Positions 26,122-38,383 of a stretch of DNA of 64,000 nt are shown here, in pieces. How positions within the stretch are numbered: position 1 is the stretch's first letter; each line of letters opens with the position of its first letter. The notes beneath the pieces are model-generated. The model saw only the letters and a program-made list of their open reading frames with translations, searched no databases and was not told where the DNA came from. The DNA comes from Balanoglossus misakiensis (lineage: Eukaryota; Animalia; Hemichordata), in NCBI GenBank assembly GCA_040954595.2, contig CM082577.2, positions 18,202,303-18,266,302 on the forward strand. Reading direction: 5' to 3'. The translations under genes were made by a program, and so were the position numbers.

Positions 26122-29100
26122 TTTTACGGGCCCAAGCCAAGCCAGGCTTGGGCCCATATTGGTTTCGTTGGGGTTTTTACGGGGCCAAGCCAAGCCAGGC
26201 TTGGGCCCGTATTGGTTTCGTTGGGGTTTTTCTTTAGGGCCCAAGCCAAGCCAGGCTTGGGCCCTATTGGTTTCGTTGGAATTTTTCAGTCTTTCTTTAT
26301 TCTTGTGTCAATTCTTTGTCGCTCTAGATCTCAGACACTGCTGCAGGTACACTTCTCAAACTTGCTACAGTTGTCAAGGTCAATTAGTAGATGTGCATTG
26401 AACCTGTGAATTTTTAATTAGTCACGTGACCTGGCGGCCATATTGGATTTTCTGAAAAAATGCAAATCTCAGATCTCAGAAACTACAAGTCAGATCGACT
26501 TCAAATTTGGTGTGCAGGTAGTCTACCTTCTACGCATCATTTTTGTAATTGGATACTTTGCTGTAAATGTTGCAGTTTTTTTGCTACAATTTTTTTTCTG
26601 AAATCTGGCTTAAATTTCAAAAATCTTCTTCTCCAGAACCGGTGATAACCGAGTGACGCGGTTTGGGGTATGTAGTCACCTAACTGATGTCTATCAAGTT
26701 TGATAAGAAGCATTGTGATTGGTCGAAGATTATGGCGGCCATATTGGATTTTCGAAAAACCATAGTAAAACTGCAAAAATCTTCTTCTCCAGAACGGGCG
26801 ATAACTGAGTCGCAAGATTCGGGGAGTATGGTCACAACACTGATGTCTATCAAGTTTGCAAAGAGCATTGTGATTGGTTGAAGATTATGGCGGCCATATT
26901 GGATTTTGTAAAAAGCAGTGAAAAATTGAAATTCCTTTTCCTAGTCTAAAAATTGACAGCATACAAATTCTTTTCATGCATATCAATCGTCATATGACTA
27001 AAATATGTTACAAATTTTTGGCGATTTTTCACATGACCTTAGACCTACTTATCACGCGTTATTATTTCTGCATATCTCATTCCAGGCTAACCTATGGGGC
27101 TAGACTTTTGGTTTTTGATGCATGTGGATTAGTGTGTGATCAAAATATTTTGCTACTTTTCATGACCCCTTTGACCTCTGCTGACCTCATTAATTATGTG
27201 CATAGCTAATTACAGGCGAACCAATAGAGCTAGAGGTTTGGTTTTTGTTGGACATGGACCAGTATGGGATCAAAGTTTTTTGCCCAAATGTTGGGTGACC
27301 TCGGGTGACCTTTGACCTACTTTGGCATATCTCAGCATCCAGAGCAGATACAGCCTTGGCAATTGGCAGGATGGGACCAAAATGTAAAGCCACATTTTTG
27401 GTCACCTGTGACACCTGCTGACCACATTAAATATGCACATACCTAATTACAGGCGAACCAATAGAGCTAGAGTTTTGGTTTTTGCTGGACATGGACCAGT
27501 ATGGGTCAAAAATTTTCGCCCAAATGTTGGGTGACCTCTGGTGACCTTTGACCTACTTTCGCAATTCTCAGCATCCACAGCAGATACAGCCTTGGCGTTT
27601 GGAGGTATGGGGCCATAATGAAAAGCCAAAGTTCTGGGTCACCTGTGACACCAGCTTAACTCATTATTTATGTGCATACCTAATTACGGGTTAACCAAAA
27701 GGGCTAGAGGTCTGGTTTTTGTTGGACATGGACCACTATGGGTCAAAATTTTCTGCCCAAATTGTGGGTGACCTATGGGTGACCTTTGATCTACTTAACA
27801 CTATATCAGCACTAAACATAGATATAACCTTGATATTTCATGGGATAAAAGACAGCATTATGTTTCTACTCATTAATTATGTGCATATCTAATAATCAGA
27901 TCAGATAATAGAGCTTGGGCCCGGACAATGCTGCTTGCAGCTTTAATTCCTTCTTTATTCTTATGTCAATTCTTTGCTCTCCTAGATCTCTGAAACGGCT
28001 ACAGGTACACTTCTCAAACTTGCTACAGTGGTCAAGGTCAATGAGTAGATGTGAAGTGGCTTGTGAATTTTTAATTAGTCACGTGACTTTGGCCGCCATA
28101 TTGGATTTTCGAAAAAGTACAGTAAACTCTTCAAAAATCTTCTTCTCCAGAACCGGCAATAACCGAGTCATGGGATTTAGGGTATGACATCACCTAACTG
28201 ATGTCTATCATGTTTGCGAAGAGCGTTGTGATTGGTCGAAGATTATGGCGGCCATATTGGATTTTGTAAAAACCAGTGAAAATTAAGAAATCACTTTTCT
28301 AGTCTAAAAATAGATAGCATACAAATTCTTTTTATGGATATGAGTCGTCATATGACTAGAATATGTTGCAAATATTTTGGCAATTTTCACATGACCTTTG
28401 ACCTACTTTTTTAAGAACTTGCATATATGCATATATAGCTCATGCTACCTGTTCTAAATGTACCAGAGTTCTGATTTTTGTGCACATTGGTATCACCCCT
28501 GCCAGGACCTACCCCAAATATTTTGGTAATTTTGGCAATGACCTTTGACCTACTTTTGACACATCGTTTTTTTCTGCATATCTAATTCCAGGCTAACCTA
28601 GAGGGCTATCATTTTGGTTGTTGATGTATGTGGATTTGTATGTGATCATAAAATTTCGCTACTTTTCATGACCCCTTTGACCTCTGCTGACCTCATTAAA
28701 TATGCGCATACCTAATTACAGATGAACCAATAGTCCTAGAGGTTTGGTTTTTGTTGGACATGGACCAGTATTGGGTCAAATTTGTTTGCCCAAATGTTGG
28801 GTGACTTTGGGTGACCTTTGACCTACGCTTATCTCGACATCCACAGCAGATACAGCCTTGGCGATTGGAGGTATGGGGCCATAATGAAAAGCCAAAGTTT
28901 TGGGTCACCTGTGACCCCTGCTCAACTCATTATTTATGTGCATACCTAATTTCGTGCTAACCAAAAGGCCTGGACATGGACCACTATGGGTCAAAATTTT
29001 CTGCCCAAATTGTGGGTGACCTCTGGGTGACCTTTGACCTACTTAACACTATATCAGCACCAAACATAGATATAACCTTGATATTTCATGGGATAAACAC

Positions 29101-29193
29101 AGCATTATGTTTCTTCTCATTAATTATGTGCATATCTAATATCAGATCAGATAATAGAGCTTGGGCCCGGACAATGCTGCTTGCAGCTTTAAT
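26122..29193 (+). mobile_element. Helentron/HINE-like non-autonomous array (3 heads, 2 body+tail units)
   Basis: The palindromic head gggcccaagc..gcttgggccc occurs at 26128, 26181 and 26237. The tail (subTIR gcttgggccc + hairpin gctgcttgcagc + tttaat) occurs at 27913-27947 and 29159-29193. It is inserted in a T-run with no obvious TSD and has internal ~120-190-bp tandem modules. Confidence 0.8.
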
Positions 29194-31333
29194 AAACTCT
29201 GTGATTGGCCGCAAGAAATACTCCCAAAGTGAAATTAGTATTCAGTCATGGTTTGACTACTTCAGTAAACTATACAAAAATGCCACGACATTGAATCGGG
29301 GGATTTTGAGTTCTTGCGCTCTGTGGAGGAAGAAATAAATCTGTATACATGAACAACAATGATCTAGACGAGAACGATCAGCATACCAATGATGTGTGTA
29401 ATGATCCAATAACAGAAACTGAAGTCTTGAATTGTCTGAGAAAGCTTAAAAAAGGGAAAGCACCAGGGCCTGATGGTCTGCCCAACGAATTTTATAGCTA
29501 TGCAGCGGATGTAATTTTGCCACTATTAGTGCAAACATTCAACTTTATTTTTGAGTCTGGAAGTTTTCCCCCTGAGTGGTCAGTTGCCATTGTCATTCCA
29601 CTATTCAAGAAAGGAGTCAAAAGTGATGTAAACAACTACAGGGGTATTTCTTTGTTAAATGCGCTTGGAAAGGTCTTTACTTCAATACTGAACGATCGCT
29701 TAACAAAATGGTCCGACAGATCAAATATCCTCTCAGACTGCCAAGCAGGTTTTAGAAAAAATCACGGCACTACGGATAACATTTATACCTTACACGCCAT
29801 CATTCAGAAATATTTAAGTGTCCGTCGTGGAAAACTTTACTGTCTCTTCATTGACTTTTCCAAGGCATTTGACAGGGTTTACCACTCCCTCCTGTTGTAC
29901 AAACTCATGTCGCTAGGCGTCAAGGGGAAAATGTTTCGTATTTTAAAATCCACGTATTCCAATATTAAGTCGTGTGTCAGAGCTGGCAATGTCTCATCAC
30001 ACTATTTTGATTGTCCTGCTGGGGTTAGGCAGGGATGTATCCTAAGCCCTATATTATTCAGTTTCTTTATAGAAGAACTGAACTCCATGTACATGTCAGC
30101 TGGTATTATGGGTGTTCAACTTACCCAAGAATTGTATGACCTTTTCTGTTTATTATACGCAGATGATGTCGTCATTTTTGCTGATTCTATTAGAAATTTG
30201 CAATGTTTGATTGACATTTTAGCCCTCTTTTGCACTAAATGGCGTATGCAGATCAATTTTGATAAAACAAAGGTAATGATATTTCGTAAAGGTGGCCATC
30301 GTTCGCGATGGGAGAAATGGCATTTTAATGGAACTGCGATTGAGATTGTTTCTTATTATAAGTACCTTGGCCTTCTCCTTTCCTCACGAAATTCATGGTC
30401 CAAAGCAGTTTGCACCTTAGCCAACCACGCAAACAAAGCCTTAACTTCACTCTCAGTCGCAAGGTGGAAACTTGGCCACTTTGATTTTAATGTTCATTTT
30501 AAACTATTTGATGTGCTTATTCTGCCAATCCTTTGTTATGGTTCAGAAGTCTGGGGCCATCTATATTTTGATGCTATAGAGAAAATTCAAAGGAATTGGT
30601 GCAGAAGAATATTGGGTTTACCTAAGAATGCCACAAATGAAGCTATACTCGGAGAATGTGGGCGCTTCCCTATTTATTATTACACCCTGAAACGTTGTAT
30701 TAGTTTTTGGTTAAAGCTGTTAGAAATGCCCAATGACAGAATTCCGAAGCAAGCTTATATTATGTTATGTAATTTGGACTGTATAGGCAGATATTCTGTT
30801 CTCATTTGGGCTGGGTTTTGCATGGGTTGCTCAGGAAGTGGGCAACAAGCAATTATTTCTTTCGACATTCCAACTAAGAGTGCAGGATATTTTTAGACAA
30901 CAATGGAGAGAAAACATGGTTTTGAAACCAAAACTTCGCACTTACATTCAATTCAAGAGTATTTTAGAACCTGAAAAATATCTTTCCATTCAGTGTCACC
31001 ACAATGTTATCCAAATGTATTCACGTTTTCGGTGTTCTTCACTTCCTCTCGCTATAGAGGAAGGCAGAAGACACCACATTGACCCAGCAGACAGACATTG
31101 TAAATTTTGTATGTAACACCAAAGCAGTTGAAGATGAGTACCACTTTTTAGTAATTTGTCCACTGTATAATAATCTCAGAGTACGATACTTACCGACTGA
31201 TCTGTTTTTAGAGCCAAACTTTTATAAGTTTATCAATGTAATGAACACAAATGATTCAGACACCATACTCAGGCTTTGTAATTTTGTTCATAGAGCAGTC
31301 AAGCTCAGAGAAAGAGCCGATGCAAATGTATAA
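29194..31333 (+). pseudogene. LINE reverse transcriptase and C-terminal domain (frameshifted)
   Basis: Contains KAPGPDG, NYRGISLL, FIDFSKAFD, GVRQGCILSP, LLYADD, YKYLG and CKFC..EDEYHFLVICP. Frameshifts at ~29300, ~30790 and ~31110. Confidence 0.93.
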
Positions 31334-32610
31334 CATTTTCACTACTGATTTGTATATCTCTCCCACTGTACCTTACTTCCGTTTTCATATCCACGAGGTA
31401 TTTGTATTCTTTTTTTTTTGATGAAGTAATGGAAATACTGAATGTAACCCCCTTTGCACCTGGGCTGGAGGTCTTGAAACGCAAATAAAGCATTATATTA
31501 TTATAAAGCATTATATTATTATTACTATAACCTCAATGTACATTTTTGCACACATATAACAGCTGCTAGATATGAAGATAGAATTCAATCATAAACAACC
31601 CTGCGAAATTGTGCTAGAAACTGCGGATCAGTCTCACCATTAAACACTCACAACTGACGAGATTTCGTTACTGTACCCACTACACTGCTGTGCTACGTCA
31701 GTGAAATTTGGAAGCGCAAAGGACAAAAACTAGAGCATGCCCAAATTCTTGAATAATTCCCTAATCCATACAGTGGAAGGTGTGAAGAGCAAAAGACTCT
31801 GTAGAGAGTAACGAATAGGCAGTACAATGTAAAACCATTAAACTATAGCCTAAGTACTCGTTGGTAAATATAGATATGGAGTGCAATGACAATTAAGCTG
31901 AAGTAAGGGTCAAGGTTCGGGGCACTCTTTATTTTTTTACGACTGACATGCAGCAGTCGAGTCTCACAAGGTTTCTGTGACTGATTTATTTCATTGCAAC
32001 CGTACTTCTCCCCGTTACAACCAGATTCCTGAGAATTTAATAATTTTCTTTGCATCATGTAAATATACGTATGATATTAACAATCAGAACAATAAATAAA
32101 TTCAGTGCATGATAGCCTAATGTGTCTTGATATACAAAATGTGATCTGCATAACATTGACAACTTCGTCATATCCGTCCATTGCAAATATTTCTGGTGAC
32201 TAACACATATATCTCTCTATCTGCTTTAATCACAAAACATGTATTTATTTTCAAAATATTAGCATATTACGTTTAGAAGCGTATGTGTAAGAATGATATC
32301 CTGGCTACAAAAATCGCCATGTTCTGTCTGTGTACCATCGGGATTCACTTCATGGTTTGACCTATGTTTTCGCTGACCTTTTGTGTGAATCACGTGACCT
32401 GTGAAAGGTCATTAATACACGCAGATAAAGGTTAACTGCTATTTGCAAAATTCGTGCATCCGGAAGTTGCACAATAGCTTGCCTACGTATACGTCTTTGG
32501 GCATATTTTAGCATCGGCGAAATTAGGCTCTTTCCATGGGGCACTTGTGCAAGGTATGGTCACATAAATTACAACTAAAGGCAATATCCTTGCTCTAATA
32601 GGAAGTAGTA

Positions 32611-33850
32611 TAATAGACAATTATATATAATTCCCCCCGTATTTCGAACGAGTGTGTCTGCGTCGCGGACGAGTGATTCCCCGTATAGCGGCCGTATCCG
32701 CAGGCGAGGAGGAATACAGCTATACGGGGAACCACGAGTTCGCGACGCAGACACACGAGTGAGGAATACGGGAGAATTATATGTTTATCACATACATAGA
32801 CCAGGTTTCCATGAAATTGAGTTTCATTGTGAATTTAAAACATTTCAGCGAAAAAAACGTTGGCACTATTTTAAAAAGATCGACAGGTCATGTTATGCGG
32901 TCGGGGTCACACGCAACGAACCGCGATCAGCTGTAGCAATGGCTGTAGTAATAACGGGGGCTCGAAGGTTAAGTTTATCGTGCTATTTTTGAGTGAAATC
33001 AGACGAAATATGAGACACAATAGGTATCGCTTCGCCTGAAGATATTTTTGGTAGGTAAATATGGATGAAAGCACTGACAACACGGCGAATTCAGAAAACT
33101 ACGAAGAACGTTACTTTGATTGAAAGCGCGGCCCCATTGTTTACAACGCCGGATATTTTATAACGGGTCGAACAACATTGACTTTTCGAATAGAAATTGC
33201 AAGCAGCATATCAATTTGTGAAACACTTTAGCAATAAAGTCATTGTTAAATATTTATATTGAAGACGTGTTAGTTTAAAATCTAAATGCAAACTTTTATC
33301 CAAGATTCACAGAGAATTTGCAGCATGGAAACCGATAAACATCATGTATCTGAAACATTGAAAACACAATAGGTCATGGTGAATCGATGTCTTTACTGAA
33401 AATGCTGGGAAATGACGAGAAAAAATTGGCTTTTCTCCTACTACATGTCCTGAGAAATGTCATTGCTATTGCCTGAAATAAAACATGGTCGTCGCTCGCC
33501 TGCTCGACTCGACCTGTTGACTGACTCGACTGCAAGCTGTTGTTGTTGTGCTGCTCTACGCTCGAGCTCCAGCGATGTCGATCGTGATGTTTAACTTGCA
33601 ATTTATCATGCTCGTTTTACATTTAAAACATGTGCTTTATTACCCCATATTTCCCTGTGCTCCATAAGTCTCCCACTTTTGGGATTCGGGCATATTTCAG
33701 ATCGAGAACAGGTGATTTTTGTTTGTTTACATAAAGAAAATAGTCCGGGCATCCATATTCAACACATGTGTAATATGCATTCGTCGAGGTAATATACCTA
33801 TAGTGTGACGTCACACTATAGGGATAACTGGGTCTATGTATGTGACATTC
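32611..33850. mobile_element. Non-autonomous element with a long terminal palindrome and subterminal inverted repeat (Crypton-like architecture)
   Basis: ~158-bp imperfect palindrome at 32625-32782. tcacatacatagacc (32788-32802) is inverted at 33831-33845. A perfect 26-bp palindrome lies at 33797-33822. Confidence 0.6.
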
Positions 33851-36079
33851 AGATAAATCCATTGTTCAACCCCAGGGTCTATGGTTCAACCAACCAGATT
33901 CCATACTTCTGTGAAAGCGGAGGTTTCTCTATACCAGTGCCATTGCACTCTGCTAATTTGGACCTGGACCCACTACGATGAGTGACTGTGTTTTAATGAG
34001 TATACACATGATGACTGGCCATAAGGGCAACAACATACGTCTGAAACCCGAGGGACTGTGAGATGCGGCCTCGTGAAACAGTCTGTTTTTCGGGGTGACT
34101 CACAGTCCCGAGGGTGAAAGACGCATGCTGTTGCCCGACAAGCAAGTTAACATGTGTTTTGTAACACATCTCATCCGCAGCTACGCATAAGAACTCACGA
34201 TACACACAGTGTATGGTGAAATTTCTCGACTATCGTGCCCCTCGGCCGCAGACGACATCTTTGTTTACTTTCCATTTCGCGCATGCGCAATATGCTGCTT
34301 TTGAAGTGAGCGGGCATCGTTTTTTGGAACTGATGCCAGGCGGGCAGAAGTTCCGACAACTGACGACTGATGACGTCGTTTTATATGGATCAGCACAAAA
34401 AGAACGCATACCACGAGACTATCGATTGACGAATGAGAACACAGACTGTGGATGAGGTGTGTTACAAACTGAACTGAATCATGGTAAAATACTGTGATAC
34501 GCACATGCGGTTAGTCCCTAATTTACCCTTTGTTATTACGTGAATGTTTCAAACTTCTTGAGTTCGCCTAAATTTGTGCTGCTTAATCTGGCAGATTAGA
34601 ATTCTCCACACTTAACCAAAGCTGGCATTGCTTTTTAAAATGATATTTAAATAATGTTTGACAATTGGAGAAACGGAAATCATTGGTGACATTTCCGACA
34701 AGAAACATGGTTTATGCACATTGCACTTAATCGCATTACAAAACTTGATTACCGAACTTGACATATGGTTGGTATATACCCATACTCACAACTGGCTTAT
34801 TTATTGAAGTTTTAAAATTTGTCTTGTATTTATTCTCAGATCACACACATCCAAAGTACATGACGTCGCGGAAAAACTATACTTCGACAAATAACATACT
34901 ATCAGAAAGTAAACAGTCTAGGAGGAGTCGAATAAATTAAGCAGATTTCAGCACCAAACTCAGAGAAAAAAGAACGGAAACAAATGTTACTAAATAATGA
35001 TAATCTAAATCGCCATCATATTTTGACTTCCCTTCCTCTGCTATATTTGCGTAACATTTAAAAGTAAAGAGAAAATACGCAGGTATCCTCACTTTGTGAG
35101 TGTAGGCTTTCACAAATCACATGGTTCACATAATGTTTGTGTATATCAATATACTCGAGAGCTTTTACGATTTGATACATTTTAAGTGTACAATACGCCT
35201 GCTTGTATATAGACAATACGATGTTCATTAGGCTAAATTTTATAGTATTTGTGGTCACCTTAGCAGTACGATGTTTTCTGAAGATCTTCGTACATGCACC
35301 ATTCCGCTCTTTACGGACATTTGCTGATTAACAAGTGAAAGCGTGTTTCTTACATTGTATGGAAGCTGGTGTTTTAACCAATTGTTTACGACTAAACGGA
35401 ATTGCTGCCATGGTTTGTGGAAAGAAACTTTGAATAAACTTCTCCTCTGTGTTTGATTTTTCATATAGGCTACCAAAGACAAACAACCAATAATGGTTAT
35501 TTTATAGACATAAAATGCGAAAGCAAACACCAATCGACTAGTGAGCTAGACTATAAACCTAACGAATAAATAGGGGATACTGTAATTAGAATTGGGGTAC
35601 GGTCACTATTTTTTTTTCATGCAAGGTCATTTTGATAAAATATGACCCAAATGTTGAAAAATATGCGTGTTTGGAGGCAGTTACCGTCGAGCGGGCACGC
35701 AGGCCTGCAGGTCTTGGTGTTGCTGTACCAATGTATTGTTGTTGCTATGTTACTTTAAAATACGTTTTTTTGTGGCTGCCTGTGATCTGTTTCGTGCTGT
35801 TCATTCAGCTGTAGCTAATCTTTATCGTGCTGCTGTTGAATATTTGTTGTTGTCTTTCGGAAACATTTGTATACTAGTACGAGAAGTAGGAATCACAGAC
35901 AACAACATCCCCGAGATATATGTTGGGCTAACCAAGAACGACTAAAAATAGCGTCAATGACACTGTGATCCCATTTGAGGATTATGCGGAAACAGTGACA
36001 CACCAGAATAAAAATTACAGGTGACATTGCAAGCAGATATGATCTAACCATATATAAATATGGCATGTAAAAACATTAA

Positions 36080-37410
36080 CAAGGAACATGCCCAATAAAC
36101 TGTCATGTGTCATGGCAGTCTTACGAGTGGTGCTAGAAAAAAAATGACCAAAAATTGTCTGTGCAAACACATATGAGAAGCAACTTCTTTAAGTCAGCCC
36201 TGGAACAGACACACAGACAGACAGACAGACACACACTGACCTGCCACTGGTAATTAAAAAAATTAATAGCTGGTGGTCTCTGTAACAGCTGGCCTATTAA
36301 AGTTATGTAAACATGTCTTAGTTCGGGGTAACAACTTCTTGTAAATAGTAACTTTAAAAACAACTGGACAATTGTTTAGGAGAAGATTTGATAACCAATA
36401 ACAAAGAAACTTACAAAACAACTCGCTAAATATTGAATATTTCTGATATCAGAATTGAATAAAAGTTGGACATATACATGTATGTGTTATGAAATTATAT
36501 CCTAAATTTCAAAAGCAACCAGAGAAAAAATAAATTTCAAAGCAATCCAACAAGCAGTTTCACAGAAAATATTTGTTCAAATATTTGTGGCAAAAACACA
36601 AATTTGCAAATATCACCAAAATTGTACAATATCTTACTTCAATCACTACAAGGAACATGCCTGCCAAAGTTCAATGCAATATGACAAGCAGTTTCAGAGA
36701 AAACAATTTTTGACAAAAACGGCAAAAGTTTCCCCGATGACACATTTATGCAAATATCACATTTTTTACAACATATTACTTAGGTTACCCCTACGAACAT
36801 GCCTACCAAATTGCAAAGCAATCTGGCACGCGGTTTTAAAGAAAAAAAATGTTGACCAAAAATGGCAAATATTGCTCAAAATTATAAATATGCAAATTTT
36901 GCAACAATTTGAACAAACCTATGGTTACTCAGACAACCATTAGGAAGCTTCATGCTAAATTTCAAAGAAGTAAGCCCATCACTTTCAGAAATGAAGACTT
37001 TTTACCAATAGCATGGAAAAATACAAAAATGCATAAAAAATAGGAAATCGATAATATTTGCTCAAAACATACAGGACTGTTTTGAGGTTGACATAAGGTA
37101 TATGCATACCAATTTTCAAATCAATATGACCAGTGGTTGTTGCGTTTTTGAGTTATGACCAATTTCACATTTTCTCAGCTAATTTGCATATTTTTGGCAA
37201 TGACAACTTCATTTGAACAAACTTCCATCTACAGCCATGCCTGCATCTACACACCAAATATCGAGGTCATACGTGCTGCGGCCTTCAAGTTTTTGATGTG
37301 GACGGACATACAGACATACATGTACATCCATCCATTCATCCATCCATACATACATACAGACGTAACCGGTCCTATAAGGTCCCACGGTACATACCAATGG
37401 GACCTAAAAA
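36080..37410 (-). mobile_element. Degenerate HINE-like repeat with internal tandem modules and microsatellite
   Basis: Terminal hairpin aggtccca..tgggacct next to an A-run at ~37377-37410, (CATA/CATC/CAGA)n tracts, and repeated aaatttcaaagcaat..gcagtttcagagaa modules. The left boundary is uncertain. Confidence 0.5.
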
Positions 37411-37796
37411 CGAGATACAGAAACCACACTCCATCATTCCGACTCGCACGCTCCAGGAACTCTACCGAACTCAGTAACATATTTGGACACTGAAGGACAA
37501 CAACACCATCCACAGTATTTCATGGAAAGTCATAGCCAAAGCCAAGTCATGTGACATCAATTAACAAGCGGGGCAACCTTTACTTATCAGAGAAATTTAA
37601 TATTATCCAACCAGAGAAACGAACTCGTGTTTCCGCGTCGAAACAGAAGCAAGGTACTGTTATTCAACAACTGACTTTAATACACTCCACTACGTATCCC
37701 ACTGCTCCCCCTGTATAACATCAACAATCTATATATTTCAACGTACTTCCTTCATAGCTTCAGAGATCAATAAAAGCAGACTGTACCACAATTTAA

Positions 37797-38383
37797 CAAC
37801 AAGTGACCTATCTGTCCAAAGAGCTCTGCTGACTTTAACAGTGTAACCTGGGCAATGATAGGAATACCCTAGGTTTTAATTCATAACAATTGTATTCTAT
37901 TGAACAAAACCAAACATAGACATTACAGGTATTTATCCAAATTCAGCTTGATTCATTGTGCTAAAGAAAGAAAGAATTGAATCCTAAAGAACAACATCAA
38001 AAGGAAGCACCAAGGTTCTAATTTGCATTTTCATGACCCCATCAAAATTCAAATTAACAAAATCAGGTAGGGACACCATAACACACATTCCTACCAAATT
38101 TCAGCTCCATCGTACATGTAGTTATGGAGAAGAAGATTTTTGACCAAAAATCTATTTTTAGATCTAATTTGCATATTCATGACCCCATCAAATCCAAATA
38201 AACAAAATCAGTTGAGGGCACCATAACACACATTCCAACCAAATTTCAGCTAAATATGCCAAGTTGTTTTAAAGAAGAAGATTGAAATACCAAAAGTTGA
38301 CGGACCGCGGACGGACGACGGACGGACACTTATCAACCTACTACTACAGCTCGGCTGACACAAGTGACAGCAGAGCTAAAAAA
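37797..38383 (-). mobile_element. Second HINE/DINE-1-like family, apparently complete copy
   Basis: Terminal hairpin agctcggctgacac-aa-gtgacagcagagct followed by an A-run, with a (GGAC) microsatellite beside it. The matching subTIR agctctgctgac lies near the other end (~37822). It has internal ~130-bp modules. Related fragments occur at ~6690-6915, ~20230-20590, ~24330-24590 and ~47860-48050. Confidence 0.7.

Larger units (their letters stand above)
24884..31523 (+). mobile_element. RTE-X-like LINE ORF2 (APE endonuclease + RT + Cys/His domain), interrupted by a 3-kb insertion
   Basis: 12-bp TSD actataacctca at 24872-24883 and 31524-31535, AATAAA and a (TAT)n tail. Endonuclease and RT motifs are listed in the two features below. 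Confidence 0.93.

Noticed and set aside
26122-26280. Palindromic ~53-bp repeats resembling a CRISPR array
   Set aside because: There are no unique spacers or cas genes, and the context is eukaryotic. These are transposon termini.
25897-28908. ORFs such as 25897..26244, 26113..26409, 27190..27414, 27447..27629 and 28696..28908, and similar ones at 60788 and 62321
   Set aside because: They are chance frames across non-coding repeat modules. Their mutual similarity reflects the DNA repeat.
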